Shown here in pieces: positions 15,090 through 17,437 of a DNA stretch of 17,437 bases (the stretch's first letter is position 1; the number at the start of each line of letters is the position of its first letter). Below the pieces are notes generated by a model. It did not search any database and was not told the origin of the DNA. It saw only the letters and a program-made list of their open reading frames with translations. Source of the stretch: a bacterium (GTDB lineage: Bacteria > Electryoneota > AABM5-125-24 > Hatepunaeales > Hatepunaeaceae). The stretch covers positions 1 through 17,437 of the forward strand of contig JAIPJL010000073.1 of NCBI GenBank assembly GCA_021734165.1. The letters run 5' to 3'. The translations under genes were made by a program, and so were the position numbers.

Positions 15090-17234
15090 TCATTTCTCTG
15101 TTAATGTCCAACCACCATCCCAATCCTCACCAGGAGGATTCTCCATAAAACCAGCGCACCTTTCAACGTAAGTTTTCGATGGACCATCATCAGGTTCAAC
15201 TTCAAGCGCTTTGTTGAAAATATCTCTTGCGTTCGCAAAGTCCCCTCTCTTGTAGAGCGTTAATCCGTCTCCAAACAATTCCACTGCTTTCAATTTAGCG
15301 TCTGACAGATCACTCTCCTTTTCGGCAAGTAATTCAAAAACTGTAACAGGTTTGGTTTTGCCTTTGACTATGATGAAATCAAGTGGTCTTGTAACAAATT
15401 TCTCATTAACCTCAGCCCATGTTTCTCTTCCGATGATAATCTCTGTCCCATATATTTTGTTAGCGCCTTCAAGCCTGCTGGCGAGATTAACAGAGTCACC
15501 CATAACCGTATAGTCAAAGACAACCTCTGAACCCATATTTCCAACGATCATCTCTCCGGTATTGACGCCAACACGACAGTATAATGTGTCCCGGTTATCT
15601 TCGTGCCATTTAACTCTCATTTGAGCAAGTTTCTTCTGCATTTGCAGCGCAGTTCGACAGCATTGTATTGGGTGTTCGGGATTCCAGATCGGCGCCCCGA
15701 ACTCCGCCATTACAAGGTCACCCTCATATTTATCAATAATTCCGCCATTTTCAATTACGATGTTAGTCATTGCCGTTAAGTATTCGTTAAGCAGTGAAAT
15801 AATCTCTTCAGGCGCTAACCGCTCCGAAATAGTTGTAAAACCAGCCACATCGCTGAATAACACGCTCATGCGCCTACGTTCACCACCAAGGCTGAGTTTA
15901 TCAGGGTGAGCTTCCAGCTCCTTCACAACATTCTCATTAAGGTAACGCGCAAACATGCCTCTTATTTTGGCTTTTTCACGTTGTGTCAATATAAGTCTTC
16001 TTATCAAGTTTACTGGATAACCTATTAAAATTGCCAATAACAAGGGAGCTTCATGCAACCAGAGGCGTTGTGAGGTGAATAACCAGATGTTAAAACTTAA
16101 TACGAGGAAGATTAAAATTAAAGATATTACTGAAGCCAGCCATTGCGATTTCTGCCTGCCACTGATATTGACAATTATACTTAGTAAAAATGTTCCAAAT
16201 AATATCCACCAGAATCCGACTGGCCTTATAAATGTTCTATCATAGAACATCTGCAAAGCGTTGGCGTGAACTTCAACTCCCGGTGTTTTTCTCTGATCCT
16301 GCGAAAAAAATGGTGTGAATTTATTATCCTGTAAATCTTCAGCAGATGCGCCGACAAATACAACCTTGTCCTTGAAGGGACTTTCCTGAAGCAGGTCTGA
16401 CATTCCGGATGCGGCAAGTAACATCCGTTCTTCATCTGTCATTCCAGAAAGCAGATCATCAAAATCATATTCTCCCCGGATAACCGAAAGGAAGGAATAG
16501 GTAGGAAATGTCCCTGCCGGGCCGTAGTAATGCAGCAGGCAGTGATATAAATCAACTCTCGGAATAGACATATCACTGTAATGGAAATCTCCTTTTTCAT
16601 CAAAGTGGAAAAGTGTTCCGTCAAGATTATTTAATACCGAATATGTCTTTAGCGCTAAGGATAAATATCCCCGCTGTCCATCCATTAGAAATAACGGATA
16701 TCGCCTTGTGACGCCATCTAAATCAAGCTTTTCATTGACCAATCCCCAGGGTGTTCCTTCCGGCATAACCTGAGGTACGGCAGTTTTAATATTCCCAAGA
16801 GGTTCCTTCAAGCCTCTCTGATAGATGTAGGATATCATCCCTGATAAAACTACTTTGTCAGTCTCGGCAATAGCTGCTTTGAAAATGGAGTCTGATTCTG
16901 GAATTAAACCAACACTCGAAAAATCAATATCAAATATAATTTGGCGCGCATCAAGCTTGTTAAGCTTTCTAATCAGGGTTGCATAATGTTTGCGATTGAA
17001 AGGATAGGAAAGACTGTCAAGTGTTTCTTGATCTATTGCGACAATTACAATATCTGACTCTGAAAGCGAAGGCGCTTTACGCATCTGGAAGGCGAGATCG
17101 TAAAGTTGATTTTCAAATCTTTGAAAAAAATCAAAAAGAGAGATAAAATAGGCTAAAACCGCAATGCTTGTTATAACAATTACACGCTGAAGTAAAGACA
17201 TATAACCACGACCATTGCTGAATATCTTTCTCAT
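15090..17234 (-). CDS. CHASE2-sensor class III adenylate/guanylate cyclase with C-terminal TPR-like tail
   Basis: 714 aa. An N-terminal TM helix is followed by a periplasmic region of about 300 aa (CHASE2-like). Three TM helices follow (FWWILFGTFLLSIIV..., LASVISLILIFLVLSF..., LLLAILIGYPVNLI). The cyclase catalytic domain is MSVLFSDVAGFTTISERL...IDKYEGDLVMAEFGAP...RVGVNTGEMIVGNMGSEVVFDYTVMGDSVNLASRLEG. The C-terminal TPR-like helix pair is LTLYKRGDFANARDIFNKALEVEPDD. A Lys in the K-x-x-G-D position fits adenine specificity (tentative). Confidence 0.88.
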   Translation of the reverse strand: MRKIFSNGRGYMSLLQRVIVITSIAVLAYFISLFDFFQRFENQLYDLAFQMRKAPSLSESDIVIVAIDQETLDSLSYPFNRKHYATLIRKLNKLDARQIIFDIDFSSVGLIPESDSIFKAAIAETDKVVLSGMISYIYQRGLKEPLGNIKTAVPQVMPEGTPWGLVNEKLDLDGVTRRYPLFLMDGQRGYLSLALKTYSVLNNLDGTLFHFDEKGDFHYSDMSIPRVDLYHCLLHYYGPAGTFPTYSFLSVIRGEYDFDDLLSGMTDEERMLLAASGMSDLLQESPFKDKVVFVGASAEDLQDNKFTPFFSQDQRKTPGVEVHANALQMFYDRTFIRPVGFWWILFGTFLLSIIVNISGRQKSQWLASVISLILIFLVLSFNIWLFTSQRLWLHEAPLLLAILIGYPVNLIRRLILTQREKAKIRGMFARYLNENVVKELEAHPDKLSLGGERRRMSVLFSDVAGFTTISERLAPEEIISLLNEYLTAMTNIVIENGGIIDKYEGDLVMAEFGAPIWNPEHPIQCCRTALQMQKKLAQMRVKWHEDNRDTLYCRVGVNTGEMIVGNMGSEVVFDYTVMGDSVNLASRLEGANKIYGTEIIIGRETWAEVNEKFVTRPLDFIIVKGKTKPVTVFELLAEKESDLSDAKLKAVELFGDGLTLYKRGDFANARDIFNKALEVEPDDGPSKTYVERCAGFMENPPGEDWDGGWTLTEK

Positions 17235-17249
17235 TAGAGATTATCCGAA

Positions 17250-17437
17250 TCAAAATGTGTAGCTATATGTCAGCCTTGTGACAAAATCACCCTGATTTAC
17301 GAAATCGGTATTATCTTTATTTTTAACATTTTTGGATGACCACTGAGAATCAGATTCCTGCCACTTCCAGTAATCAATACTACCGTCATCATTATGAATG
17401 ACTTTATTTAAACTGAGCTGGAATTGATGCTGTGATC
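17250..17437 (-). CDS. C-terminal 61 codons of an outer-membrane beta-barrel-type protein (5' end beyond the window)
   Basis: Manual reverse-complement translation gives ...SQHQFQLSLNKVIHNDDGSIDYWKWQESDSQWSSKNVKNKDNTDFVNQGDFVTRLTYSYTF*. It is open to the window edge. The alternating terminal strand ending in Phe is a typical beta-signal. The stop at 17250-17252 is 15 nt upstream of the cyclase start. It is not in the supplied track because it is edge-truncated. Confidence 0.45.
   Translation of the reverse strand, partial: SQHQFQLSLNKVIHNDDGSIDYWKWQESDSQWSSKNVKNKDNTDFVNQGDFVTRLTYSYTF

Noticed and set aside
16303-17137. Two A7/T7 homopolymer tracts inside the cyclase coding sequence (16303-16309 and 17131-17137) as possible phase-variation slippage sites
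   Set aside because: Seven-base runs are expected by chance in AT-rich coding DNA. Both tracts encode sensible Phe-Phe dipeptides in frame and the gene is intact. This is no evidence of a contingency locus.
13409-17234. Classifying the cyclase-CNB-AI-2E operon as a Pycsar antiphage system
   Set aside because: Pycsar cyclases are compact stand-alone enzymes and their effectors fuse the CNB to the TM or TIR module. Here the cyclase has a large CHASE2 extracytoplasmic sensor and TPR tail, which is the classic signalling architecture, and the CNB and TM proteins are separate. Kept only as a low-probability alternative.
1-17437. tRNA genes, IS elements or transposase, integrase, toxin-antitoxin pairs
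   Set aside because: T-loop-like strings (GTTCAAAT, GATTCAAATTGAGTC) occur only inside confident CDSs without an acceptor-stem partner. No transposase or integrase motifs, and no terminal inverted repeats flanking any segment were seen.

Overview
The window is 17.4 kb of AT-rich bacterial DNA (judged by eye, not computed). It is densely coding, with no rRNA, tRNA, CRISPR array or mobile element found. I call 14 complete CDSs and two edge-truncated ORFs that the supplied ORF track misses: a possible plus-strand ORF at 1-150 and the C-terminus of a minus-strand outer-membrane-type protein at 17250-17437. The gene at 4061-5185 carries a type IX secretion C-terminal sorting domain, which places the source in the Fibrobacteres-Chlorobi-Bacteroidetes (FCB) group. 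Several genes have clear Shine-Dalgarno sequences (GGAGG, GGAGA), which is not typical of Bacteroidia. A long minus-strand array from 9726 down to 159 encodes hisS, a Wzx-like MOP-family (multidrug/oligosaccharidyl-lipid/polysaccharide) flippase, a DUF1858 CxxC redox-disulfide protein, a membrane-anchored metallophosphoesterase, a thioredoxin-like T9SS cargo protein, glnS, a small beta-barrel outer-membrane protein and a flotillin/SPFH protein. A 321-bp divergent intergenic region (9727-10047) separates this array from a plus-strand envelope operon at 10048-13315. That operon encodes a lipoprotein with a TPR-like segment and aspartate-rich Ca-binding-type repeats, a FadL/PorV-like beta-barrel candidate and a second secreted outer-membrane-type protein, and it ends at a clean bidirectional terminator (13346-13373). 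The best candidate for an undescribed system is the minus-strand operon at 13409-17234: a CHASE2-sensor class III nucleotidyl cyclase, then a stand-alone cNMP-binding protein, then an AI-2E family transporter. The last two genes are joined by an ATGA stop/start overlap, and an outer-membrane beta-barrel gene ends 15 nt upstream of the cyclase. The second candidate is the lipoprotein-FadL-like-OMP operon. Other items worth a look are a 24-bp tandem direct repeat at 88-135, a perfect 10-bp GC-rich hairpin over the DUF1858 stop codon (6473-6496), a nested stem-loop abutting the hisS start (9736-9788) and a stem with tandem CAAAGACA upstream of glnS (3961-4004). All functional calls rest on motifs I recognised by eye and remain unverified by database or HMM searches.
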